A stretch of DNA of 64,000 nucleotides from Octopus vulgaris (Eukaryota). This document shows positions 1 to 12,015 of the stretch, in pieces. Both the position numbers and the translations under genes were made by a program. A model generated the notes under the pieces. It ran no database searches. It worked only from the letters and a program-made list of their open reading frames with translations, and was not told where the DNA came from. Each line of letters begins with the position of its first letter. The first letter of the stretch is position 1. Where the stretch lies: contig OX597832.1 of NCBI GenBank assembly GCA_951406725.2, forward strand, positions 22,134,001 to 22,198,000, in the 5' to 3' direction.

Positions 1-58
1 AACAAATATTTCAATGCATTCTCTCTGATACTGTAATGCAACTAACAATTGGCCACCT

Positions 59-507
59 TAACACACACACACACACACACACAAATATATACATACATAT
101 ACACACACACACACACACAAATATATACATACACACACACACACACACAAATATATATATACATATATACATACACACAAATATATACATACATACATAC
201 ATACACACACAAATATATACATACATATATACATACACACAAATATATACATACATACATACATACATACATACATACACACACAAATATATACATACAT
301 ACATACACACACACACAAATATATACATACATATATACACATACATACATATATACACAAACACATACATATATACATACACATACATACATATACACAG
401 ATATACATGCATCCATATACACACACATACACAGACACAAATATATACATACATATACAAACACAAAAATATATACATACATACACAACACACACACACA
501 CACACAT
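59..507. repeat. Compound (CA)/(TA)/(CATA) microsatellite
   Basis: Continuous ACAC/ATAT/ACAT runs; source of spurious overlapping ORFs on both strands. Confidence 0.95.
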
Positions 508-1378
508 CTATAATGCATCGGTTGCGAGTAAGTAAAGCACTGAAATTAATAGATGCACGGCAGTAATTGTGCCACACACAATTTGCAAAGCAAACTGTGT
601 AAAATATCCGTCCCTGGAGAGAGAGAGAGAGAGAGAGCGAGGCTGGTTTGCAGGCATTAACTACAGAAGAACAACAAAGCAAAACTCTGACAGAGAACCT
701 GAAAAATTAATAACAACAGGTATGGACAAATAACGAGCTTCTCTCTCTCTCTCTCTCTCTTTCTCATTCTCTCTCTCTGTCTCTCTCTATTCTGTTGTCA
801 TAAACCGTTCCAGGTTTCATTACTTCGTTACATAAACGCAAACTCTGAACATAAAGACAATGTGTGGATATTGCAATTAGATATGCCTAATATGATTGTT
901 CATTAATTCATTCGTACACAGCACAGCGTCGTCGTCGTATGCGTTCTTGAGAATGGTTTCACAGCAGAGACGGCAGTAGAAAGGGGAATCGGTTTTTGTT
1001 AAAACGAAGATTAGAAGAAACCAAAATAGCAACAGCAATTTCAGGTTTGTTGTTTTTACTTTTTTGTTCTTTTACTTGTTTCGGTCGTTTTGACCGCCGC
1101 CATTCCCCCCACCCCCCAGGACTTGTTCTTTGTAAGCCTAGTACTTATTATATCATTCTCTTTTGTCGAACCGCCAAGTAACAGGAGCATAAACACACCA
1201 GCATCGGTTGTCAAAATTCTCTGTTTTGAAGTGTTTGTATTTGAAAAGTAAATTTCCATGGTAAAGGGTAAAGACCCCCTTTAGTTGTAAAAGTGCTTGG
1301 GATTGCACCTAGAAACAAGACAGGGCAAGGTTGCTTATGGACAACCAGCAGCTGCCCATTCATATCAGCCACCCTGAC

Positions 1379-1653
1379 CAGGGCTGTGGAGTCAGAGTTG
1401 GATACAATTAACGGGTAGCTGGAGTCAGACTCGGAGTCAGTAAAACTATACCGACTCTGATTCCGACTCACAATGTCTATTTTATAATATAAACCGATTA
1501 CAACATATAGGCCTACTCAAATCACAAGCTTATGCATATTTTATGAGATGTGTAAACCACAATCACTTAATTACATAAAGAGGAGTCAGAGTCGGAGGTG
1601 CCAAAAGTACAGGAGTCGGAGTCAAGGTTTTTTGCTTTGACTTCACAGCCCTG
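1379..1653. mobile_element. hAT-like MITE
   Basis: TIRs CAGGGCTGTGGAGTC ... GACTTCACAGCCCTG with internal GGAGTC repeats; no clear TSD. Confidence 0.65.
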
Positions 1654-1814
1654 AGTTTCACAAACAGAGATCTCAGAATAAGCACCAGACTTACAAATCA
1701 ATTCTAGAGTTGATTCGTTCAACTAAAACTCTTCAAGATAATGCCCCAGCATGAGCACAGTTCAACGACTGAGACCAGTAAGAGAATAAAGAGCTCATTA
1801 AAATTACAATCAAG

Positions 1815-2125
1815 GGCACATAAAAAGCACCATCTGAACGTGGCTGATGCCAGCGCCACCTTGACTGGCTTCCGTGTCAGTGGCACGTAAAATGCACCAA
1901 TCCAATCGTGGCCGTTGCCAGCCTCGCCTGGCACCTGTGCAGGTGGCACGTAAAAAGCACCCACTACACTCACGGAGTGGTTGGCGTTAGGAAGGGCATC
2001 CAGCTGTAGAAACACTGCCAGATCAGACTGGAGCCTGGTGCAGCCTCCTGGCTTCCCAGATCCCAGGTCGAACTGTCCAACCCATGCTAGCATAGAAAGC
2101 GGACGTTAAACGATGATGATGATGA
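1815..2125 (+). mobile_element. SINE-like family C, (GAT)n tail. Other copies: about 2440-2665(-), 8575-8715(-), 8936-9250(+), 12350-12555(-), 29820-29940(-), 34365-34578(+), 43712-44060(+)
   Basis: Shared GGCACGTAAAAAGCACC subrepeats, then TTGGCGTTAGGAAGGGCATCCAGCTGTAGAAAC...GGACGTTAAACGATGATGATG, in many dispersed copies. Confidence 0.85.
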
Positions 2126-2950
2126 ATGTGTTAAACTCAAGCTAAACTCCAGCTACACTCCAACTAAAATTCCAGCTAAGCTACAACGTGTCTCTGGATT
2201 AATGGTTTCATGAAATATTCAAGAACACCACTTGGAATTGTCTTTGATTCATTATTACTTATCCTCAGATCAGCTCCAATTGAGCAGATCTATGATCAAA
2301 GCTGTACCGCCATGCGTTACTGTCTATTTGCTGTATATACCTACGACTACACACTCTGCCTGCTAGAAATAGCAGTGGTGTCTCTACTCGGTTAGGTGAA
2401 TGACACTGCTTTAGGTTTTTGATTGGTTGTCACAAAACATCATCATCGTCGTCATCATCATCATCGTTTAATGTCTGTTTTCCATGCTAGCATGGGTTGG
2501 ATGGTTTGACCGGGGTCTAGAAAGCCAGGAGGCTGCACCAGGCTCCAGTCTGATCTTCCTGATCCAGTCTGCCCTTCCTAAAGCCAACCACTCCGTGAGT
2601 GTTGTGGGTGCTTTTTACGTGCCACCGGCACAGGTGCCAGGAGGGGCTGGCAACAGCCACGGAGCATAGGCATGGAAAGAGAGAAAAGGAAAAATGGAAA
2701 AGAGAAATTTATAAAGCATCATGGATAAATCATAGAAGGTAGACTACTTCTCTAAAATTTGGAGGGATGAGGGTTGATCACATCAATAAAAGGAAAATTA
2801 CCTTCTCCAAGTCATGCTGACTCTTAAGAGTCAGTTTCCTGGTTTTTTGCTTTCCATCTCCGAAAGTCGATCTCGGTAGAATTTGAACTCAGAACATAGC
2901 GACGGGTGAAATACCGCTAGGCATTTTGCCTGGCGTTCTAATAATTCTTT

Positions 2951-3552
2951 TTTCTTTACTGCCCACAAGGGGCTAAACATAGAGGGGAAAAACAAGGACA
3001 GACAAAGGGATTAAGTTGATTACGTCGACCCCAGTGCGTAACTGGTACTTAATCTATTGACCCCAAAAGAATGAAAGGCAAAGTCAACCTCGGCAGAATT
3101 TGAACTCACAACGTAATGGCAGACGAAAGACCTATTTCTTTACTACCCACAAGGGGCTAAACATAGAGGGGACAAACAAGGACAGACAAAGGGATTAAGT
3201 TGATTGCATCAACCCCAGTACGTAACTGGTACTTAATTTATCGACCCTGAAAGGATGAAAGGCAAAGTCGACCTCGGCGGAATTTGAACTCAGAACGTAA
3301 TAGCAGATGAAATACCTATTTCTTTACTACCCACAAGGGGCTAAACATAGAGGGGACAAACAAGGACAGACAAAGGGATTAAGTTGATTACATCGACCCC
3401 AGTGCGTAACTGGTACTTAATTTATCGACCCCGAAAGGATGAAAGGCAAAGTCGACCTCGGAGGAATTTGAACTCAGAACATAATGGCAGACGAAATACC
3501 GCTAGGCATTTCGCCTGGCGTTCTAATGATTCTGCCAACTCACCACCCTTCA
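2951..3552 (-). mobile_element. tRNA-derived SINE family A, head-to-tail trimer
   Basis: Three units of about 184 bp. Sense strand shows an A-box-like TGGCAGAATCATTAG, a B box GTTCAAATTCC and the central GCCTTTCATCCTTTCGGGGTCGATAAATTAAGTACCAG, which resembles the Meta-type SINE domain from memory. Adjacent to (TAA)n. Confidence 0.9.
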
Positions 3553-3989
3553 TAAAAAAAAAAAAAAAATAATAATAATAATAATAATAATGTGAACAGT
3601 AAGATGTCAGCTTCAAGCAACGATAGTGGTGAAAAAAAAAATTACACTTCAAATCAAACTAGAATTTTTGTCAAAAGCAGATAAAATGAAATAACCGAAA
3701 AAAGATATAAGAAATTTTCAATTTTTCTAAAAAGTATTTGCTAAAAAAGACATCATTGATTTCTTTTTTTTTATTTACTGTCTTTTACTATTTTTTTTCT
3801 ACCTACGTTTTTGGTTTGTAATGTTAGTTTCTAGTATACTAGCAAATCTAGTAAATCCAAAATTTGTGATGGAAAATCTGATAACAGGCAGGAGTTTCAC
3901 AAAAGCTCAATACCTAACTGCATGTTTGCGTACACATACATATATCGGTTATGGTATTATATATAAATGTACCATATATACACAACCAC

Positions 3990-3995
3990 ACATTT

Positions 3996-4026
<31 letters not shown>

Positions 4027-4197
4027 ATATATATGTGATAGACAGAAAGATATATAGGTACACACATACACATACACACACATATATTCATGCACATACA
4101 TAATAGATAGATATATAGATACATATATATATATATACACATATAGACACACACATACATACACATACATACATATACATACATATATACATACATA

Positions 4198-4255
<58 letters not shown>

Positions 4256-4416
4256 TATATGCAAATATACATATCAATGCATTTATATATATGCATTTAT
4301 ATATAAATACATATATAAATACATATTTATACACATACATACGCACAGATATCCATAGCATTTACACTATATGTAAACTATAGCATTTCACACGCACACA
4401 CACACACAAGTGCGTA

Positions 4417-4456
<40 letters not shown>

Positions 4457-4460
4457 TGCC
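3990..4460. repeat. Compound TA/CA/CATA/TG microsatellite
   Basis: Directly visible. Confidence 0.9.
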
Positions 4461-4814
4461 ATACAAAAGAATCTCGTGTTCTAGTAAGACAATGCTAGAC
4501 AGGAATTAAAAATCAATAAACCACAGGAAAACAAAAATTACAAAAAAAAAAAAGTTTTTAAATATTAAAATAAAAAAATACAATAAATTTTTTTAAATCA
4601 ATAAAACAAAATTATACCGAAATGCACCAAACTTAAATTGCAACTAGAATTTTGTGGTTGCAGCAAGAAGCATATGCATCGAAAGCACTACAAGAATTAA
4701 AAGTGATTCATAATTTATATTACATTATATAATGTATAATAATGTTGCTGGGCTTGTGCTAAAATCTGAAACCAATAATAATAATAACAATAATAATGAT
4801 GATGATAATAATAA

Positions 4815-5213
4815 TCTTTTCTTATCTGTGCACAAGGCCCGGAATTTTAGGGGAGGGAGCCAGTTGATTAGATCAACTCCAGTACGCAACCGGTACTTAA
4901 TTTATTGGACCCTAAAGGCTGAAAGGCAAAGTCCATCTTGACGGAATTTGAACTTAGAACGTAAAAACAGACGAAATACCTATTTCTTTATTGCCCACAA
5001 GGAGCTAAACACAGAGAGGACAAACAAGGACAGACAAACGGATTAAGTCGATTATATTCACCCCAGTGCGTAACTGGTACTTATTTAATTGACCCCGAAA
5101 GGATGAAAGGCAAAGTCGACCTCGGCGGAATTTGAACTCAGAATGTAGCAGCAGACGAAATACTGCTAAGCATTACGCCCGGCGTGCTAACGTTTCTGCC
5201 AGCTCACCACCTT
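4815..5213 (-). mobile_element. SINE family A hetero-dimer (two subfamilies) in a (TAA)n context
   Basis: Unit 4815-4980 has the alternative 3' tail (CACAAGGCCCGGAATTTT on plus); unit 4981-5213 has the CCCACAAGG/GACAAACAAGG tail and a full head. Confidence 0.85.
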
Positions 5214-5254
5214 AATAATAATAATAATAATAATAACAACAACAATAATAATAA

Positions 5255-5770
5255 TGATAAATGCCCTGATACAATACCAGGCAGTGGCTCTCATGGCTTC
5301 TGATCTTAACTGATTGGAAGTGTTCATCATGTACATTGTTTTGTCTTGGTATAAAAGATGGGCTACAGCAAATATTCTGCTCAATACCACAGATTTGCTT
5401 GTCAGTTGTTTGACCTTAACCAGTTGAGCATGTCCCTTACAGGCTGACGATATGTGCATCTCTGATCATGAGCAGTGGTGGAGCATCATGGCCATGTGTC
5501 GAGAGGATTTCTTAGGAGTTTGAATAAATCACCTCTGAAAACATGGGTGTTTCATTCATCATCCTTACACAGGGATCTTTTGAGCGGGATGGGCTATTCA
5601 ATTTGAAGAAAGATCTAACTGGGCCCCCACCTGCAAGATCATGCACATATGGTTATGATGCATGTACCCGGTGTACTCTCATCAGATGGGTAGTCATGAT
5701 GGGTATATTGGGCTTTGTATATTTGTACCCCAGTGTCACTTTGATGACATGTGCTGCTCTCTCACTAAAT
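5255..5770. mobile_element. Probable retroelement fragment inserted in (TAA)n
   Basis: About 510 bp of complex sequence flanked on both sides by TAA repeats; family not identified. Confidence 0.4.
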
Positions 5771-6612
5771 AATAATAATAATCCTTTCTACCATAGGCAC
5801 AAAGCCTAAAATTCAGGTGTGTGTGTGGGGGGGTAAAGTCAATTACATCGCTCCCAGTACTCAACTGGTACTTAATTTATTCACCGGAAAGAATAAAAGG
5901 CAAAGTTGACCATGGGGAAATTTGAACTCAGAACGTAGCGATGGGTGAAATACCGCCAAGCTTTCCATCCAGCATGCTAACAATTCTGCCAGCTCGCCGC
6001 CCAACTCAATAATAATAAAGGTTTAAAATTTTGGCACAAGGGCCAGTCATTTGGGGGGAGGGGATAAGTTGATTAAATTGACCCCAGTACTCAACTGGTA
6101 CTTATTTTATCAATCCTGTAAAGACGAAAGGCAGAGTTGACCCCAGCGGAATTTGAACTCCTTAAAGACAGACGAAATGCCTCTAAGCCTTTTGCCCTGG
6201 ATGGTAACATTTCAGCCAACGCACCCCTCTTTATGAAAATAATAATAATGATGATAGCTTTGTGGTTAGAGTGTCAGGCACGCAATCATAAGGTAGTGAG
6301 TTCAATTCCCAGACTGAGCTGTGAATTGTGTTCTTGAGCAAGACACTTTATTTCACAATGTTATTGGTGCCAAGCTGTATCGGCCCTTTTGCCTTTCCCT
6401 TTGATGACATCAGTGGCATGGAGCAGGGCAAGGCTGGTATGCACGGGCAACTGCTAGACTTCCATAAACAATCTTGCCCAGACTTGTGCCTCGGTGGGGA
6501 ACTTTCTAGGTGCAATCCCATGGTCATTCATGACCAAAAGGGATCTTTACTCTTTAATAATAAGAGTAATAATGATGATGATGATACTACTACTACTACT
6601 AAATAAAAATAA

Positions 6613-6858
6613 ATGCGCTCTTTTTAAAGCCTAGCCAGGCTCACAGGCCTGGTTTCCCGGTTTCTATGGCGTATGTGTTCCCCAGCCGGACGGGACGCTA
6701 GTCCATTGCAGCGTTGCTCACTTTTGCCAGCTGAGTGGACTGGAGCAACGTGAAATGAAGTATTTTGCTCAAGAACACAACGTGTGGCCCGGTCCAGGAA
6801 TCGAAACAACAATCTTACGATCATGATGCTGACACCCTAACCACTAAGCCACGCGCTT
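6613..6858 (-). mobile_element. tRNA-derived SINE family D. Related copies: 6257-6545(+), 10691-11132(+), 27612-27987(+)
   Basis: A box TGGCTTAGTGG / TGGCTCAGTGG, B box TTCGAATCC / TTCGATTCC, then TGTGTTCTTGAGCAAGACACTT in most copies. Confidence 0.8.
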
Positions 6859-6921
6859 TCACTATACTACTACTGCCGCTACTACAACAACTACTACTAC
6901 TACAACTACTACTAATAATAA

Positions 6922-6952
<31 letters not shown>

Positions 6953-7748
6953 AATAATGGAAATGCATTTGCTGCTGTTATACCTGTACTAAAAAGTGGG
7001 GTGGCTGTGGTGGTAGAAGGTGTAGGTGGTGAACAGGTAAGCATTTGCACTGAAGTTTTGTCAGAGCATTGTTATTTCAAGCGCAAGTATCCAATGATGG
7101 AGCAATGGGGCGTGGTGGTGGTGGTGGTGATGGAAAAAAAAACGGGGTGGGGTAAAGAATATAAAAAAAAAACCTGCCACCCACTCACACCTGCACCCCA
7201 CCCCCCCCCCTAGCCCACTTCCATTCAAAAAAAAAAAATATATATATATACAATAATTCCTTAGCAAATGCTGAAAGAAAGAATTACGTAAGCAAGTAGA
7301 TAACTTTTTTTTTTTTGCTTTCCTTTTTTTATTTCTTGCTTTGTTCGAATCAGAAATCATATTTCATCATAGAAAACTACCAATCACCACAAGTATAACT
7401 AGAAAGTTCTTATTTTCTGTCTTTGTTTTTTTTTTTTATTTTTTGTTTTTTGTTTTTTTTCCTTTTCTCCTCCTCCTCCCCAACATGCACACGGAAATTA
7501 TTTTAGAGTGAGTAAGTAATAAGGTTTCGATCGAAATTGAAGAATTAGTTGGTTCGCGTAATTCTTGCAGCAAATCCACCTTGCTCAAGTCTTAATAAAT
7601 GTAGACCATTAACAGCTAATTATTTATGCCAAGCAAATATTTCTCGGTAAATAGGAAAGAAAAATAGAATAGCTCTAACAGACACACACAATATTAATTT
7701 CTCATCTGTATCCACATAAGAGAGAAGTGTTATTTGTGTGTGTGTGTG

Positions 7749-7790
<42 letters not shown>

Positions 7791-7797
<7 letters not shown>

Positions 7798-8330
7798 AGA
7801 GTTTATGAAAAAAAACAAAAGACAAAGACAGGTGGTGTACAAAACAAACAGATATATTAGTATAACACTCAGGAATAGAAAAAGTCTTTTACGTTTTGAG
7901 CCTACGCTCTTCTACAGAAAGGAATACAGAAAAAACAAGGAGAGAAAACAGTTTTGTGTAAAGTTCAAAGGTTTTTTTGACGTCGTGGTGTATTGCAAGG
8001 ATTTCTCATCAAGAATAGAGTCCACTGTGGTCCGTATGTAGGAGAGGTGCAGCCGGAGGGTAAGTATCCAAACGAGAATCTGTAACCAGTGGAGAAGTTC
8101 GTGCGTGGTAAGAAATGGCACAAGATCAACATGTGTGACCATGTGAGCGTGTAATATATATAGGGAGACTTTACGAAAAAAACAAAAGACGAAGACAGGT
8201 GGTGTACAAAACAAACAGATGTATTAGTATAACGCTCGGGAATAGAAAAAGTCTTTTATGTTTCGAGCCTATGCTCTTCTACAGAAAGGGACGCAGAAAA
8301 AACAAAGAGAGAAACAAGGAGAGAAAACAG
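7791..8330 (-). mobile_element. Penelope-like partial tandem: two pseudo-LTR direct repeats of about 160-170 bp, each with a minimal hammerhead-like motif, set in (TA)n
   Basis: Direct repeats at 7791-7951 and 8159-8330 (period 368). Each contains, on the minus strand, CTTT-CTGTAGA-A-GAGC(G/A)TAG-GCTC-(G/A)AAAC(G/A)TA-AAAG. Confidence 0.65.
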
Positions 8331-9439
8331 TATGTATTTATGTGTGTGTGTGTGTGTCTGGATTTGTCCCCTGCTATCACTTGACAACCAATGCTGGGGT
8401 GTTTATGTCACCGTATCTTAGCGGTGCAGCAGAATAAGTACTAGGTTTACAAAGAATAAGTCTCCTGGGGTTGATTTCCAAGACTAAAACCTTTTCAAGA
8501 GGTGCTCCAACATGGCCACAGTCAAATGACTGAAACAAGTAAAAGAATAAAAGAATACACGCATTCATCCTCATGACCATCATCGACATTTAATGCCTGT
8601 TTTCCAGGCCAGCATGGGTTGGACGGCTTCAGAGGATCTGGCAAGGCCAGGGGCCCACACCAAGTCCCATTGTCGGTTTTCGCTTGGTCTCTATGGCTGG
8701 ATGTCTTTCCTAATGCTATTAAATATTCTATCATTAATAACTAATTTATATATTATGCTCTTTGTTGTGTTTAGTTCTGTGCACAATCTCCTGATCCATG
8801 GAGAAACGTTTTTGCATGTAACCAATCCATGGTGCATAAATGGTTAAGGACAGCTGGTGTAGAGGCTCCCTCTGGTGTTTAAAAACCTGTAACCAATGAT
8901 CAAACAATTTTCTCACTGTACCCACCCCATGTTTTTGGCACGTAAAAGAACCATCCGAACATGGCCGTTGTCAGCGCCAGCCCAACTGGCCTCCATGTCG
9001 GTGGCACGTAAAAAGCACCAACCAATCGTGGTCGTTGCCAGCCTCGCCTGGCACCTGTGCCGGTGGCACGTAAAAAGCACCCACTACACTTACAGAGTGG
9101 TTGGCGTTAGGAAGGGCATCCAGCTGTAGAAACACCGCCAGATCAGACTGGAGTCTGGTGCATCCTCCTGGCTTCCCAGACCCCAGTTGAACCGTCCAAC
9201 CCATGCTAGCATGGAAAGCGGACATTAAACGATGATGATGATAATGATGATGAATTCTACATGAACTAATATAGCCCTTCCACTTATATTTTTTTTTTAA
9301 GATGATGGGGGTGTCAGCTGAAGGATATTCAGCTGCTATTTTTAGCAAATTGAGGAAGCACATTATATCCTCTTTTTCGACTTATATAGGTTCTTTTTTT
9401 TTTGTAAAAACATGTGGAGATGGTAAATAAGTGAGAGCA

Positions 9440-9498
9440 TGTGTGATGGTGGTGGCAGCAGTGGTGGGTACATGTGTGCATGCATGTGTGTGGGGGTA

Positions 9499-9531
<33 letters not shown>

Positions 9532-10255
9532 AAAGTAGTTTGACAGATCTTAGCTGACATTCCTTGTATGTTCTTGAAGCAGCTGAGAATTGCCATACTT
9601 GAGTGTGAGCATGAATGAATATGAGAGCAAGTGAGTGTGTGAGTGAATGGGTGAATGAGTGATCGTGTGCATACGTCTATGTTGTGCACAATTATGCAAC
9701 AGTGCATGAATAAGAGCAAGTATGTGTGCGTGTGCACTTTCTTGCATGTGTGTACCGTCACATGCATGCTGTTAAGTAGTAATATCTGAACGCGTGTGTG
9801 TGTGTAACTAAGAAAACACTGTCGTTGGTGTTAGTGCAAGCATGTGCGATTGAACATAGCATGCGTGAGAGTGCAATGTGTGCATGTGTGAGATGCATGT
9901 CAGTGTGTGCATGCGACGGATTGTACATATGCATGCAGAAGCAACAGTGTGATCGCATGCACAAGTCCATGTGCATGTGAATGCATCTCCATGTGCATGT
10001 GCATATGCAAATGTATGTGTGTGTTTGCATGTGTTGCATGCTGCATGCACATGTTTTTATGTGTGTGTGTTTGCATGTGTTGCATGTGCATGTGTGTTGC
10101 ATCTACATGTGTGTTGCATGTACATGTGTGTTGCATGTGCATGTGTGTTGCATGCACATATGTTTGTGTGTGTGTGTGTGTGTTTGCATGTGTTGCATGT
10201 GCATGCATGTAGCATGTGCATGTGTGTAGCATGCACACGTGTTTATGTGTGTGAT
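9440..10255. repeat. Degenerate TG/TGCA-rich simple repeat region
   Basis: GCATGTGTG-type units; source of spurious Cys/His/Met-rich ORFs. Confidence 0.85.
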
Positions 10256-11663
10256 GATGTTTTGAAATCCAGGTATTCAAGTGTCGAGCATCGACAGCAG
10301 AAGCTGCAAATTCTTCATTTCGGTAAGTGGTTCTTTGAACTGATAGGAAATCCTTCCTGCCAGAGTGAAGCTGCTCTCAGTAGCTAATGAGTCACACTTT
10401 AGGTTTTCGAACACATAAGACATCACAGCTGCACTAAGAGAATTCCTCATTAAAAGTCAGAAACAACAGCAGCAACAACACCAAAAACAACAACAAGTAT
10501 CCATATATTATTGTACAGATTTATATCTTTGTGGTTCTGAAATTCTTATTGCCAAAGTACCGAAGTAAAGATCTTTTTCATTTATGGCTTTCTAAATAGA
10601 ACTTTGTATTGTGTTGATTTAACCCCACTTAAGAATTCAGTTCACTCTATCAAGTATAATGCTTATTTATTCTTACCTATTCCTTGTAAAGGCACATGGC
10701 TCAGTGGTTAGAGCATCGAGCTTACGATTGTGAGGTTGTGAGTTCGAATCCCGGACCGGGTTGTGTGTTGTGTTCTTGAGCAACCTATTCCTTGTGAAGG
10801 CACATGGCTCAGTGGTTAGAGCGTCAAGCTTACGATCGTGAGGTTGTGAGTTTGAATCCCGGACTGGGCTGTGTGTTGTGTTCTTGAGCAACACACTTTA
10901 TTTCACATTCCTCCAGTTCACTCAGCTGTAAAAATGAGTTGCAACATCACTGGTGTCAAGCTGTATCAGCCCCTTTGCCTTTCCCTTGGATAACATTGGT
11001 GGTGTGGAGAGGGGAGGCCAGTATGCATGGGTGACTGCTGGCCTTCCACAAACAACCTTGCCCAGACTTGTGCCCCAGAGGGTAACATTCTAGGTACAAT
11101 CCCATGGTGTTATTCATGACCGAAGGGGATCTCCTCAATCCGAATGCTAAGCATGTAACCTTTCAGCATTCAAAGTGACCATATCCAGCCAAAAATATTC
11201 CACCTGTTTCATCTTTGAATTAATCAGACCTGACCTCTCACACCTACCCTACAATGTCATTCTAAAAATAAACAATCACACCATTGAAATCTCAAAGCTA
11301 TGAGATAATGCATGATTAATCTAACACGGTGAGAATAAATAAGCATCACATTTGCCGGAATAATCTGAATGCTAGACAGTTAAAGATACTTATTTTTCTT
11401 ACATGAAAATCCTGCCTGATATGGTGTCGCTTTTGTTTCCATAGCAACTGGCAGCAATCGCTATGGAGAAGCAGAACGACAGGGTGGATAAGGTACAGTG
11501 TCTTTTTTCCTTTTCTTTTTTACTCTTGAGCATATATATTACTCTTATGCAATGCTAATTTATTCACAAGGTTTTGGATTAATCATGCATTATTTCAGAG
11601 CTTCAAGATTTCAATGATGCGACTGTCAAGTTCTTAGAATGAAATTCTAGGGTCGGTGTGAGA

Positions 11664-12015
11664 AGCTGGCAGAAACGTTAGCACGACGGACGAAATGCTC
11701 AGCGGTATTTCGTCTGTCGCTATGTTCTGAGTTCAAATTCCGCCGAGGTCGACTTTGCCTTTCATCCTTTCGGGGTCGATTAAATAAGTACCAGTTACAC
11801 ACTGGGGTCGATTACATAAGTACCAGTTACGCACTGGGGTCGATTACATAAGTACCAGTTACGCACTGGGGTCGATTACATAAGTACCAGTTACGCACTG
11901 GGGTCGATTACATAAGTACCAGTTACGCACTGGGGTCGATGTAATCGACTTAATCCGTTTGTCTGTTCTTGTTTGTCCCCTTTATGTTTAGCCCCTTGTG
12001 GGTAGTAAAGAAATA
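11664..12015 (+). mobile_element. SINE family A with a 15-bp TSD and an internal 32-bp tandem expansion, inserted in a TTAA-type MITE
   Basis: TSD GG(T/C)GTGAGAAGCTGG at 11655-11669 and 12016-12030; five 32-bp units at 11784-11940. Confidence 0.85.

Noticed and set aside
11-682. Long ORFs (149-223 aa) on both strands
   Set aside because: They are translations of CA/TA microsatellite. The same applies to ORFs at 9363-10387, 15011-15595, 20259-21003, 41993-43250, 45662-46366 and 59744-60484.
10273-10322. Possible 50-nt plus-strand exon (CCAG|...TTCG|GTAAGT)
   Set aside because: Weak polypyrimidine tract, no recognisable peptide, and no partner exons
10691-10770. tRNA genes (also about 10799, 27612 and the SINE-A/B heads)
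   Set aside because: A and B boxes are present, but there is no complete cloverleaf or acceptor stem, and each continues into a SINE body
11784-11940. CRISPR-like 32-bp repeat array
   Set aside because: Units are contiguous with no spacers, lie inside a SINE, and the context is eukaryotic with no cas genes
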